Shown piece after piece: positions 1-8,762 of a DNA stretch of 52,606 bases. The stretch lies in the NCBI GenBank assembly GCA_021163155.1, contig JAGGXI010000085.1:1-52606 (forward strand). Direction: 5' to 3'. Source of the DNA: Candidatus Aerophobota bacterium. Lineage in GTDB: Bacteria; Aerophobota; Aerophobia; Aerophobales; JAGGXI01. Each line of letters starts with the position of its first letter. The first letter of the stretch is position 1. The notes under the pieces are model-generated. The model had not been told where the DNA came from and ran no database searches. It saw only the letters and a list, made by a program, of their open reading frames with translations. The position numbers were made by a program, and so were the translations under genes.

Positions 1-1
1 T

Positions 2-82
2 AAACATGATATTCCATTGGATTATACAGCTAAAGACCTTAAAGAAGATATGCAAACCTTTAAACAGGTATCCACCAAATGA
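2..82 (+). CDS. partial C-terminus of a small antitoxin-like protein (UPF0175-type partner of DUF3368 PIN proteins)
   Basis: The frame is open from the window edge (..KHDIPLDYTAKDLKEDMQTFKQVSTK*). Its TGA stop overlaps the ATG of the next gene (ATGA), the usual TA-pair arrangement. Only 26 codons are visible. Confidence 0.35.
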   Translation, partial: KHDIPLDYTAKDLKEDMQTFKQVSTK

Positions 83-579
83 CTGTTGTCTCAGATTCTA
101 CTACTCTTATCTCATTAGCTAAGATAGATCAGTTTGAATTACTTAGAGACCTTTTTACTGAAATTATAATCCCTGCTTCTGTATATGAAGAAGTAGTAAA
201 TAAAGGTAAAGGGAGACAGGGGCAACAACAAGTAAAAAATTCATCATGGATAAGGTTAAAACCAGTAAAAAATAGACTTGCTGTTCAAGCCTTAAAAACT
301 GTTTTAGGAGAAGGGGAAGCAGAAGCTATAGTGCTTGCTAAAGAAGAAAATGCTGATATTATTATTCTTGACGATGGAAAAGCTCGAAAAGAAGCAAAAA
401 GAATGGGTCTTAAAATAATGGGAACGGTTGGGATTTTGCTTGAGAGCTGCAAGAAAGGAAAACTTCATTTCAAGCTAAATCTTGACAGACTTCTAATTAG
501 TGGTTTTAGGTTGAGAAAGAGCGAATATTACAAGATACTTGAGATAGCAAAAAAAGAGTGTCCAAATTACGTTGAATAG
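79..579 (+). CDS. PIN-domain nuclease, DUF3368/VapC-like toxin
   Basis: 166 aa. The N-terminus VVSDSTTLISLAKIDQFELLRDLF and the later EAEAIVLAKEENADIIILDD are typical of DUF3368-type PIN proteins. Translationally coupled to the upstream small ORF. Confidence 0.7.
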   Translation: MTVVSDSTTLISLAKIDQFELLRDLFTEIIIPASVYEEVVNKGKGRQGQQQVKNSSWIRLKPVKNRLAVQALKTVLGEGEAEAIVLAKEENADIIILDDGKARKEAKRMGLKIMGTVGILLESCKKGKLHFKLNLDRLLISGFRLRKSEYYKILEIAKKECPNYVE

Positions 580-659
580 AAATTTGATGTAGTCATTAAA
601 TTCATTTAATTGATCGGAGGACTCTGGATATTTTGCAGGGGCCTCGATGAAGAATTTCC

Positions 660-1400
660 TTATCCAAAATACATTCCTCCATTTACATTGATGGTCTGAC
701 CGGTAATATACGAAGCCTCATCAGATGCTAAAAATGCTACAACATTTGCAATCTCCTTAGCTGTTGCAATACGACCGATGGGGATGCTCGCCGCCTTCTT
801 TTTGCCTGCTTCTGTATTTAATTCATTCTGAGACATATCTGTAGCAACCAACCCAGGTGCAATGGCGTTAACGGTAATACCATCCTTGGAGTATATCCTT
901 GCCAGTGACTTAGTTAAATTTATCAATCCGGCCTTTGCTGCAGCATAATGTACCTGGTTATATCCTCCCCATTGACCACCAATTGAAGTGATATTTACAA
1001 TTCTTCCCCAACCCTGTTCTATCATATCAGGTATTACTTCTTGGGAAAGAATAAATGGTCCACGAAGATTAACTTCCATCATATTGTCCCAATCATTGTC
1101 AGTAATTGTTTCAAATGCTTTCTCCTGGGCAATTGCGGCATTATTCACCAGAATGTTTATCTTACCAAAACTTTCGTGCATTTCTTCAATAACTCTGCGA
1201 ATATTATTTCTATTTTTTTGGTCAAGTTCTATGCATAATGCTTTATCCCCATTATTCTCTATCTTCCTAACTACAGAGAGCGCCTTTTCTTTATCGGTTC
1301 TGTATGTTAATGCAACGTTTATTCCTTTCTTAGATAAGGCTATCGCTATGGCTTTCCCAATACCTCGACTTCCACCGGTAACTATCGCATTTTTTACCAT
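660..1400 (-). CDS. SDR-family oxidoreductase (FabG/3-oxoacyl-ACP-reductase-like)
   Basis: 246 aa. Has the TGGSRGIG cofactor motif, NNAA, and the catalytic YxxxK (YAAAKAG). Overlaps the upstream ThDP enzyme by 7 nt. Confidence 0.85.
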   Translation of the reverse strand: MVKNAIVTGGSRGIGKAIAIALSKKGINVALTYRTDKEKALSVVRKIENNGDKALCIELDQKNRNNIRRVIEEMHESFGKINILVNNAAIAQEKAFETITDNDWDNMMEVNLRGPFILSQEVIPDMIEQGWGRIVNITSIGGQWGGYNQVHYAAAKAGLINLTKSLARIYSKDGITVNAIAPGLVATDMSQNELNTEAGKKKAASIPIGRIATAKEIANVVAFLASDEASYITGQTINVNGGMYFG

Positions 1401-3133
1401 GTTTCTTCTCTCTTAAAGGGATACATTTGATTCATCCTTTGACCTCCTAACAGCATAGGCAAAACATCTTCAGAAGAATCAATATGACAATGCACAACCC
1501 CAGGCGATAAATCTTCAAAAACTTCTTTCAGCACAGTTGGAATTTCTCTTTTCTCATATATATCAAATCCTTTTAAACCATAAGCCTCGCCAATTTTTGA
1601 AAATGAAGGATTGCTCTTGTTGCCTGTGCTTGGATCACTACCCCAGTTTAGAAGTTGAAATTGAGATACGATGCCTAATCTTTTGTTGTCAAGAACAAAT
1701 ATTTTTATTGGCAAATTGTATTCTTTTATTGTAGCTAATTCTTGAATATTCATTTGGAACGAGCCATCCCCAACAAATACAATACCTACTGTATTTTTCC
1801 CGGCACTTAACACTGCGCCAATATTTGTTGGGATGTCAAACCCCATTGTTCCATGTCCTGCAGAAGTGAGCCATCTACGCCATGGATAATCAAATGTAAA
1901 ATATCTGGCGACTATTTGCTGATGACTTCCAACCCCGGATGAAACAATTACTTTTCTGTCCCTGGTAACTTCATCAACTGCCTTGATTACATCATACATG
2001 CAAAGAGATAATTTTTTATAAAATTGCGATGAATGAAACTTATTTTTCCATGTATTTATTTTATCTATCCATTGAGGATATCTGCTTTCTGGAATCTTAA
2101 AATTAGATAAGAATTCAGTAAAAAACTGCTTCAAATCCATATTAATATTAATATCCCCTTTGATTTGTCCAAATTCTAACTCATTTTCATCAATATCTAC
2201 CCTTATAATAGTTTTATTCTTTTTAAAATCATTTATCTCAGTTCCTGTTTGCCGTAAGTCAAGCCTTGCTCCTAAAACAATTAAAAGGTCTGAATAATAA
2301 GCAGCTAAATTCGCAAAGTATTCCCCGGTATGCCCTATAAAACTAAAGCATAATGGATGACCAGAAGGAAAAGTTCCAACAGCTGGCATACTGCACACCA
2401 CAGGAATGTTGGATTTTTTTACAAAAGACCGAAATTTATTTATGCATCCTGAAATATAGATCCCATTGCCTGCTAAGATTAACGGCCTTTTGGACTTGGA
2501 AATTAATTCACTAATTTTTGAGAAAATACTACTCATATTTTTTGAGCTATTGCTATTTCTACTGATATTAGCTAAAAGTTTGTTTGAATTCTTATACTTT
2601 GTTTCACCTCTTTGAACATCCATTGGTAAATCAATAAGAACCGGTCCAGGTCTATCTTCTTTTGTTAACATAAAAGAATTAAAGATTATCCTTGAAATAT
2701 CTTCATTGAGACTCAAGATATGTGCTTTTTTAGTTACTGGTTTGAATATGTTAACTGTATCTGTCTCTTGAAATCCTGTTTGCCGGATTTTTTTCTCAAA
2801 ATTTATGTCTTTGGTTCCGACCTGACCTGTAAATACTAATAATGGAACAGAATCATAGTAAGCATCCGCAATAGGTGTCAACACATTTGTAACGCCTGGG
2901 CCCGAGGTAACTATAACAACTTGAGGAAATCCTGTTACTTTGGCTGCACCAACCGCAGCGTATCCTGCACCCTGCTCATTCCTTGCACAAATATAGTCTA
3001 TCCCTTCTTTTACTAAAGCGTCTAATAAAGGGGCAATAGTTCCTCCTGGAAAGAGAAACATCCTCTTTACTCCAATCGATTTCAGAGTTTTAGCAATAAT
3101 TTTAGCTCCTATGTGAGGGTCAGGTCTCAACAT
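1394..3133 (-). CDS. thiamine-diphosphate-dependent enzyme, acetolactate-synthase large-subunit-like (YerE-like candidate)
   Basis: 579 aa with an ALS-like three-domain layout: N-terminal GAKIIAKTLKSIGVKRMFLFPGGTIAPLLDAL and the C-terminal ThDP motif GDGSFQMNIQEL. The start codon lies inside the 27-nt inverted repeat of the adjacent element. Confidence 0.85.
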   Translation of the reverse strand: MLRPDPHIGAKIIAKTLKSIGVKRMFLFPGGTIAPLLDALVKEGIDYICARNEQGAGYAAVGAAKVTGFPQVVIVTSGPGVTNVLTPIADAYYDSVPLLVFTGQVGTKDINFEKKIRQTGFQETDTVNIFKPVTKKAHILSLNEDISRIIFNSFMLTKEDRPGPVLIDLPMDVQRGETKYKNSNKLLANISRNSNSSKNMSSIFSKISELISKSKRPLILAGNGIYISGCINKFRSFVKKSNIPVVCSMPAVGTFPSGHPLCFSFIGHTGEYFANLAAYYSDLLIVLGARLDLRQTGTEINDFKKNKTIIRVDIDENELEFGQIKGDININMDLKQFFTEFLSNFKIPESRYPQWIDKINTWKNKFHSSQFYKKLSLCMYDVIKAVDEVTRDRKVIVSSGVGSHQQIVARYFTFDYPWRRWLTSAGHGTMGFDIPTNIGAVLSAGKNTVGIVFVGDGSFQMNIQELATIKEYNLPIKIFVLDNKRLGIVSQFQLLNWGSDPSTGNKSNPSFSKIGEAYGLKGFDIYEKREIPTVLKEVFEDLSPGVVHCHIDSSEDVLPMLLGGQRMNQMYPFKREETW

Positions 3134-3527
3134 TTGACATTATTCTCCTTTCAACAATAATTGATTTATATCTTCCTTGAAATATAGACCCTACAATTTT
3201 ATGTTTTGCTCTAATCCAGTTAGAATAAGATGTATTAAGGTAGTGCATACCGTCTGCTATATCAGCAAGAGGTTTCTTGATAAATAAATGATAATGATTG
3301 TCCATAAGACAATATGCATAACAGATAAAGAAGTATTTCTCTAATGTCTCCTTCATTTTATTCAAAAAATTTTTTTATCTTTATCTGAGTAAAATATCTT
3401 TTCTTTCCTGTTTCTTCTTGCAGTTATATGATAAATAGCATTTTCAAAAGATAGTCTTAAATGGCTTGCCATAGTGGGAATAAAATATTTTAATATTTTC
3501 TTAATGTCAAGTTTGAAGACCTGACCC
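3117..3527. mobile_element. decayed IS200/IS605-type (RAYT-like) element bounded by ~27-nt inverted repeats
   Basis: GGGTCAGGTCTCAACATTTGACATTA at 3117-3142 matches the reverse complement of 3502-3527 (GGGTCAGGTCTTCAAACTTGACATTA). A broken Y1 transposase gene lies between them. Confidence 0.6.
3120..3472 (-). pseudogene. Y1 (HUH) tyrosine transposase, IS200/RAYT family, frameshifted and C-terminally truncated
   Basis: MASHLRLSFENAIYHITARRNRKEKIFYSDKDKKIF, then a frameshift in an A/T homopolymer run (3364-3376). It continues NKMKETLEKYFFICYAYCLMDNHYHLFIK..FQGRYKSIIVE. The HUH motif (HYH) is present. The C-terminal catalytic-Tyr helix is absent. Confidence 0.65.
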
Positions 3528-4188
3528 TATTTTTTTCTCCTACAACAAACCAATGTGCTATGACTCTGGAGAGATTACCCAAAATTGTTCTTGTTTTATG
3601 TCCATACAACAAATTTTTGAATCCTTTTAATAAAGGCGCTATCTCGTCTTTATTGTAATATTTGAATACCATTCCTTTACTTTCAGGAGCATCGGAGATA
3701 GACATGTCGTATTTATTTATGTCTTTTTTAAATTCAGAATCGATGGTTGATCTCAAAGTTAAGATTAAATATCCCCCTGGTTTAATTACTCGATAGAACT
3801 CAGATATTGCTTTATCGACTTCATCTGGGTTTAGATAATGTATAATACCCCAACACAGAACTGCATCAAAAAAGTCATTAGAATAAGGTATCTTAATTAT
3901 TGAAGCCTGTTTTAAATCTATTTTATGTCCGCTTTCTTTTGCCAGTGCTCTCGTTATTTCTAAACCAGTTCGGGAAGTATCTATGGCGAAAACCTTCAAA
4001 TTTTCTCTTAGCATATACAAAGAATGTCTTCCTGATCCGCAACCAGCATCTAATACTTTCTTCACTCCGTTTGGCAAAAAAATTTTCTTCACAATTCTGA
4101 CTACTTCTTCATCTGGATAGACCAGATAATTTTTGTTTTCTTTATTCCATTTATAAGTCTTTTCCCAGAGTCTAATGTTGGTTTTCAT
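3490..4188 (-). CDS. class I SAM-dependent methyltransferase
   Basis: 232 aa. Motif I is VLDAGCGSGRHSLYM, followed by FDAVLCWGIIHYL and LKPGGYLIL. The last ~12 codons and the stop are encoded by the element's inverted repeat. Confidence 0.85.
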   Translation of the reverse strand: MKTNIRLWEKTYKWNKENKNYLVYPDEEVVRIVKKIFLPNGVKKVLDAGCGSGRHSLYMLRENLKVFAIDTSRTGLEITRALAKESGHKIDLKQASIIKIPYSNDFFDAVLCWGIIHYLNPDEVDKAISEFYRVIKPGGYLILTLRSTIDSEFKKDINKYDMSISDAPESKGMVFKYYNKDEIAPLLKGFKNLLYGHKTRTILGNLSRVIAHWFVVGEKNRVRSSNLTLRKY

Positions 4189-4256
4189 CTTATCCTCCCG
4201 CTAAAATAAACAAAGTATTGTTAAAATTTGTATAATAGATTAAAAATCTGCTCAGC

Positions 4257-4459
4257 GGGTTCAGGCCTCAATATTTAACATTATCTCTTTGTTGTTGGAA
4301 AAAATCCCCTTATCTGAGTAAAATATCTTCTTTTTTTCTATTTCTCCTTGCAGTTATACGATAGACAACATTCTTAAAAAGTAATCTTAAATAACTTGTC
4401 ATAGTATACATAAAGTCTTGCGAAGTTTTCTTAATATCAAATATTGAGACCTGAATCCC
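4257..4459. mobile_element. second, more decayed copy of the RAYT-like element
   Basis: Inverted repeats are GGGTTCAGGCCTCAATATTTAACATTA (4257-4283) and the reverse complement of 4432-4459 (GGGATTCAGGTCTCAATATTTGATATTA). The interior is homologous to the 5' end of the first copy. Confidence 0.55.
4310..4402 (-). pseudogene. N-terminal stub of a Y1 transposase
   Basis: MTSYLRLLFKNVVYRITARRNRKKEDILLR* parallels MASHLRLSFENAIYHITARRNRKEKIFY of copy 1. No HUH region remains. Confidence 0.45.
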
Positions 4460-4489
4460 TATTTTTGCTTGTAGCTTCAATTACAGATT

Positions 4490-6787
4490 TTAAATTGTTC
4501 CCTCTGGATATAATTTAATTACTTTGATTTTACCTTGTCCCTCAAATTTCTTTATTCTTTTATACATTTCATCTTGATAACAACCAGAGCTAATCACTAC
4601 TATACCAACGTCTAAAAATTCTAATTGCTCCGGAGCTAAAACAGGCTTTCCTAAAAATTGGTTGCCTTGTTTGTGTATATTTGAATCCAAAAAACATAAT
4701 ATGTTATTTTTATTTAGAAAATTGATAGTATTTAATAGTTGAATTGTGTGATTTCCAGCACCGTAGACAGCAATTTTATTGTGGCAATTTCCATCAAAAA
4801 CGTTTTTTAGTCTCTCTTTTATTTCGTTTTCGAAAGCGGTTCTTTTTAATTTATACTCATTAACAACGTCTATTATCTTTAAATAATCAGATTTAGGTGG
4901 TATATTTTTTACTATCCGACGGCCTTTTCTTGCTATAATTCGTAGATTTGGAATTGAAGTGGCATTATCAATTGCAATTATCTTAAACCCTTCCAAGTTT
5001 AATAAATATTGTAAGTTGTTTAATGTAAATCCGCATAGATGCTCAAATGAATAAAACTCGCTAATTTTAATGGACGGCGTTAATGAATTTGGGATTTCTA
5101 AGAAGAGATATCCATCCTTGGCTAATAATTTGAATATCTTTTTTACAATAATCTTAGGATTTAGTAGGTGCTCCAATACGGATATACATGTAATTATATC
5201 AAACTTTTTCGAATAATTGAACTCTTCGATTCCGAGTTCAAAAACTTTAATACTTTTTTTAATTGCAGTTTTGCTTCCCTCTCCTGGTTCGACCATAACT
5301 TTGTTCCATAAAGTTCTATCAAATCCATCTAAAAAAAATCCGTCACCTCCTCCAATGTCTAAAATAGTCCCTTTATTAAAAGATATATTATCAAACAAGA
5401 ATTTTAATCGTTCTTTTCTTAATTTATTTGGGCGAGAGCCCTCTTCATAATTAATATATTGGGAACTGGATAGGAGATTGCCGCTATTTTTATATAATTG
5501 TAGATACTTCTCCCAATCCATAGTAGGATTTCTAAAAATGAAACCACAATTTTTACATACTACATTGGTATATTCTATATTTAACCATTCTGCTTTATGA
5601 TGGTATATTCCAACATAATTATTGCTGTTGCACAGAGGACAATTAATATATTTTAAATTTATATTTGAGTCCTCTTTTTTTAAAGAGTTTCTCTCCTCGT
5701 TCCACAAGTTTTCTTCTATTTCTCTTATTCTATTTATACATTCTTCATAACTATTAGCTTTTTCTGCTATATATTTCTTATTAACTTTTTTTGTGGTTCC
5801 ATTGGTGTTATATAAAAAGGCAAAATCTCTTTTATTAATATTGAAGTTAGGTTCTTTTCCGTTTAGCGAAAGAATTATTTCCTTTAAAATATCGAAATTT
5901 TTAGTACTCAAGGGAAGGAGGATATCCAGCAGATTATCACCGCCAAGATCACCGTTTACTTCTATTATTTTTTGCATATTTTTATTTACTCGAAAAGTAA
6001 TTCCCAAAATGCCATCTTCAATACCAAATTTTTCTATGAAAGAATTTGTTATTCTTTTTAGATTGTTTAATGTCTGAGGATTTGATTTTGAAGGAGTTAT
6101 ATGTACTTTATTAACAAAGTTAGAATTGCTGTTAACTTTTGTAATTTCGTCAATTGTTGCATAAATGTAAGGTTTCCTATTATAAACAATCAACATTAGA
6201 GTAACATCATACCCATCTATATATTCTTCTATATGTACCTGGCCATTGTAGGAAGTTTTCTGTGTATAATTAAAATTTTTTATTAGTTCTTCTTTGGAAT
6301 CTATATAAAAGACTCCTTTTTTACCTACCAATCCAATAGATGGTTTTATTACTACGGGATATCGAATGGAATCAAAATTTATCTTATTCAAATCATAAGT
6401 CGAAACACTCCAGGGAACGGAAATATTTCTTTTAAAGCACTCAGGTAAAAGCTTAGATTTATTAAATAATAGCTTAGCCACATCAGAAGGCAATCCTCTT
6501 AAATTGAATTCATCAGCTATTTTTGCTACGGTGAATACAGGGGGTCCCGAAGATCTACCAATAACTCCTTTAAATTCATATCTATTTTGTATTTTTTTTA
6601 GTTTGTCTATAATTCTATCCGGTTCATAAGTGCTCTCGTTTATACAAAAATCTGATAAGGAAAATCCTGGTGCATTGATATTTTTATCTACAGATATTAC
6701 TTTAAGACCAAGTTCTTTTATTTTTTTTATAACTAAAACTTGTTGTGAACCTGCGGCAATATTTATTATAGCTGATTGCCTTTTCAA
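4490..6787 (-). CDS. three-domain tailoring enzyme: N-terminal ATP-grasp ligase, central Zn-ribbon plus class I SAM methyltransferase, C-terminal Rossmann-like domain
   Basis: 765 aa. ATP-grasp-like RYPVVIKPSIGLVGKKGVFYIDSKEEL..VHIEEYIDGYDVTL. Zn-ribbon cysteines CPLCNS..CKNCGF. Methyltransferase motif ILDIGGGDGFF..ISVLEHL..KDGYLFLEIPN. C-terminal KIAVYGAGNHTIQLL..VVISS. Confidence 0.7.
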   Translation of the reverse strand: MKRQSAIINIAAGSQQVLVIKKIKELGLKVISVDKNINAPGFSLSDFCINESTYEPDRIIDKLKKIQNRYEFKGVIGRSSGPPVFTVAKIADEFNLRGLPSDVAKLLFNKSKLLPECFKRNISVPWSVSTYDLNKINFDSIRYPVVIKPSIGLVGKKGVFYIDSKEELIKNFNYTQKTSYNGQVHIEEYIDGYDVTLMLIVYNRKPYIYATIDEITKVNSNSNFVNKVHITPSKSNPQTLNNLKRITNSFIEKFGIEDGILGITFRVNKNMQKIIEVNGDLGGDNLLDILLPLSTKNFDILKEIILSLNGKEPNFNINKRDFAFLYNTNGTTKKVNKKYIAEKANSYEECINRIREIEENLWNEERNSLKKEDSNINLKYINCPLCNSNNYVGIYHHKAEWLNIEYTNVVCKNCGFIFRNPTMDWEKYLQLYKNSGNLLSSSQYINYEEGSRPNKLRKERLKFLFDNISFNKGTILDIGGGDGFFLDGFDRTLWNKVMVEPGEGSKTAIKKSIKVFELGIEEFNYSKKFDIITCISVLEHLLNPKIIVKKIFKLLAKDGYLFLEIPNSLTPSIKISEFYSFEHLCGFTLNNLQYLLNLEGFKIIAIDNATSIPNLRIIARKGRRIVKNIPPKSDYLKIIDVVNEYKLKRTAFENEIKERLKNVFDGNCHNKIAVYGAGNHTIQLLNTINFLNKNNILCFLDSNIHKQGNQFLGKPVLAPEQLEFLDVGIVVISSGCYQDEMYKRIKKFEGQGKIKVIKLYPEGTI

Positions 6788-8586
6788 TTTTGCGCTCCTG
6801 TTGTTACAATGCTTCTCTCTTCGCTATTGATGATAATTTTAGCTATCCTCTCGCTTTCTCTTCCATCAAGAAGCTCTCTACCTCTGATACTCATTTTTTT
6901 TCTTATCTCTTTGTTGCTCAGAAGCTTTCTAATAACAGAGCAAATTTTTTCTTTATTTACTTCTTTACAATATCCCAGACTAACGCAGGTGCCATGCTCG
7001 GCAAATCTTTCAGCGTTGAGTTTATCTTCCCTTGAATGAGCAATGACAATAGCAGGGATACCCATCTTTGCCAGTTCATAAGCGGTGACTCCAAAATAAG
7101 TTACAGCAAGGTCAGCCTTTGTCATTATCTCAGCCATATTTGTTACATCTTGATAAATAATAATGTTATTTCTTCCTCTAATCATTTGCCTTATTTTATT
7201 ATAATGAGCAAAGAATTTGCCAAGAATAATAGTAATGTGAATATCAGGAATAGGTAAAATTGCTGATAAAACCTTGCCGGTGAGATTTTCTGCATCGCTT
7301 CCCCCCATAGTAATTAGGATATTGGGAATACTATTATTGGGGTATGGATAATCTTTTTGAAACTCTCTTCTTAAGATGACATACTCGGGACCGTAGTAGA
7401 GTTTGCCTTTGTAATTTTCCCATTTTCTATCTGGTATAAAGTGAGCTACCGGGAAAATATTTATATCGGCAAAAAATGCTTCTTCACTATCATTATCAAT
7501 AGAGATAATGGGGATATTTAACTTCCTTAATTTTAAGATATATTCATTGGCTATTTTGTCTTTTAAATCAAGGATAATTCTATCTATTCCGTAGTCCTGG
7601 ACAAATTTCTCTATCTGGGAAAGTTCATCCTCTTTGGAGATATTTTTAGATAAAATTTCTACTTTAAAGCCCCTTTCCTTAATCATATCAGTAACGCTAT
7701 TACTACTTTTAATGATAAAGCTTATCCCGCAAAAATACCGTTCTTGAAGCTCGGAGGCTAAGGCAAGACATCTTATTAGATGACCCATTCCAATCTTTTG
7801 ATTTGCATCCATGCGAAAGAGAATTCTTTTACTCTTATCCTGCAACTTTTTCTGTCTAACGCGAGAATTTATTTCCATCAATTTCGGCTCTCTTTTAAGA
7901 AGTTTAATTGCTTCTTTTAAATCTACAATTTCCCCTGGCTTATAAAGTCTTTTATATACCTTACGCATGAAGTTAAGATCTGCCTGGGTATCTACGGAGA
8001 TACGATGGTTAAGTTCGTAAAAAATGGGCTCGTCATCAATTTCAACCTTTTTTAAAAGATGAGGGTAATCGAGGAGACAGGCTACTAAGTTTTCTCTCTG
8101 ATAAGACTTAGTGGAATTTTCTTCCACCTTTTGCCAGGCTTTTAGGGTACAAACGCCAATTCCTTCGTGAATAACTTTTTTCCCATTTTTCTTAGCGATA
8201 GATGCCATTTCAGCCTTATTTTTAATTAAAGCATCAATCAATCGCTCTATAGTTGGAGGATGAATTAAAGGACAATCGCCACTTATGTGAACTAAAATAT
8301 CTGCAGAAAAATATTCCCCTGCTTTTCTAATTCTTCCTACTACATCTTCTTTGTCACCATCATAAGCAAAGCTCTTAATCTTTTCTCTTTTGGCAAATTC
8401 AAGTAAAGGAATGTCTTCTTTTCTATTGGTTGTAGCAAGAACAATCTCATCAATGGATTTTACTTTTCTCAATCTATCAATAATATGTCCTAATAAGTCT
8501 CTACCACAGATATCTTTAAGCCCTTTTCCGGGAAGACGGGTAGAGGTCATTCTGGCTATAATTAAGGCTACTATTTTTTGGTTCAT
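6784..8586 (-). CDS. fusion of an SpsF/PseF-like cytidylyltransferase with a PseG-like UDP-sugar hydrolase (GT28-like)
   Basis: 600 aa. The N-terminus KIVALIIARMTSTRLPGKGLKDICGRDLL is SpsF-type. From ~aa 255, ILFRMDANQKIGMGHLIRCLALASEL plus a C-terminal GT-B half resembles PseG/SpsG. A 4-nt ATGA overlap joins it to the downstream gene. Confidence 0.75.
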   Translation of the reverse strand: MNQKIVALIIARMTSTRLPGKGLKDICGRDLLGHIIDRLRKVKSIDEIVLATTNRKEDIPLLEFAKREKIKSFAYDGDKEDVVGRIRKAGEYFSADILVHISGDCPLIHPPTIERLIDALIKNKAEMASIAKKNGKKVIHEGIGVCTLKAWQKVEENSTKSYQRENLVACLLDYPHLLKKVEIDDEPIFYELNHRISVDTQADLNFMRKVYKRLYKPGEIVDLKEAIKLLKREPKLMEINSRVRQKKLQDKSKRILFRMDANQKIGMGHLIRCLALASELQERYFCGISFIIKSSNSVTDMIKERGFKVEILSKNISKEDELSQIEKFVQDYGIDRIILDLKDKIANEYILKLRKLNIPIISIDNDSEEAFFADINIFPVAHFIPDRKWENYKGKLYYGPEYVILRREFQKDYPYPNNSIPNILITMGGSDAENLTGKVLSAILPIPDIHITIILGKFFAHYNKIRQMIRGRNNIIIYQDVTNMAEIMTKADLAVTYFGVTAYELAKMGIPAIVIAHSREDKLNAERFAEHGTCVSLGYCKEVNKEKICSVIRKLLSNKEIRKKMSIRGRELLDGRESERIAKIIINSEERSIVTTGAQN

Positions 8587-8607
8587 TTTTTATCCTATAA
8601 ATATTAT

Positions 8608-8762
8608 AGCTAACTTTTGCACGAAGAAACGGTAGTCGCAAGGCTCAGAGCCTGCGTAAAACAGCGCAACCTGAAGGTTGCGGCTACCATTCATAGTAGA
8701 GCGCAGGCTCTGAGCCTCGCGGATACCGGTTATGTATAAATACAGGCTCTGAGCCTTACGGT
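8608..8762. repeat. cluster of GC-rich REP-like hairpin units (family R1)
   Basis: Repeated GCAGGCTCTGAGCCT(G/C)CG-GCTACCGGTT-type units in both orientations. The left arm AGCTAACTTTTGCACGAAGAAAC matches the reverse complement of 50866-50893. Confidence 0.75.

Noticed and set aside
988-1416. Many 60-140-aa ORFs antisense to, or overlapping, long conserved genes (e.g. 988..1416, 1041..1238, 5217..5450, 6776..7039, 12389..13059, 16647..16889, 24009..24239, 36684..37367, 39957..40292, 43305..44187, 46976..47275, 47389..47622, 47874..48161, 50358..50648)
   Set aside because: Each lies inside a gene with clear family motifs on the other strand or frame. Their translations are low-complexity (S/L/F/I-rich) with no recognisable motif, as expected for shadow ORFs in AT-rich DNA.
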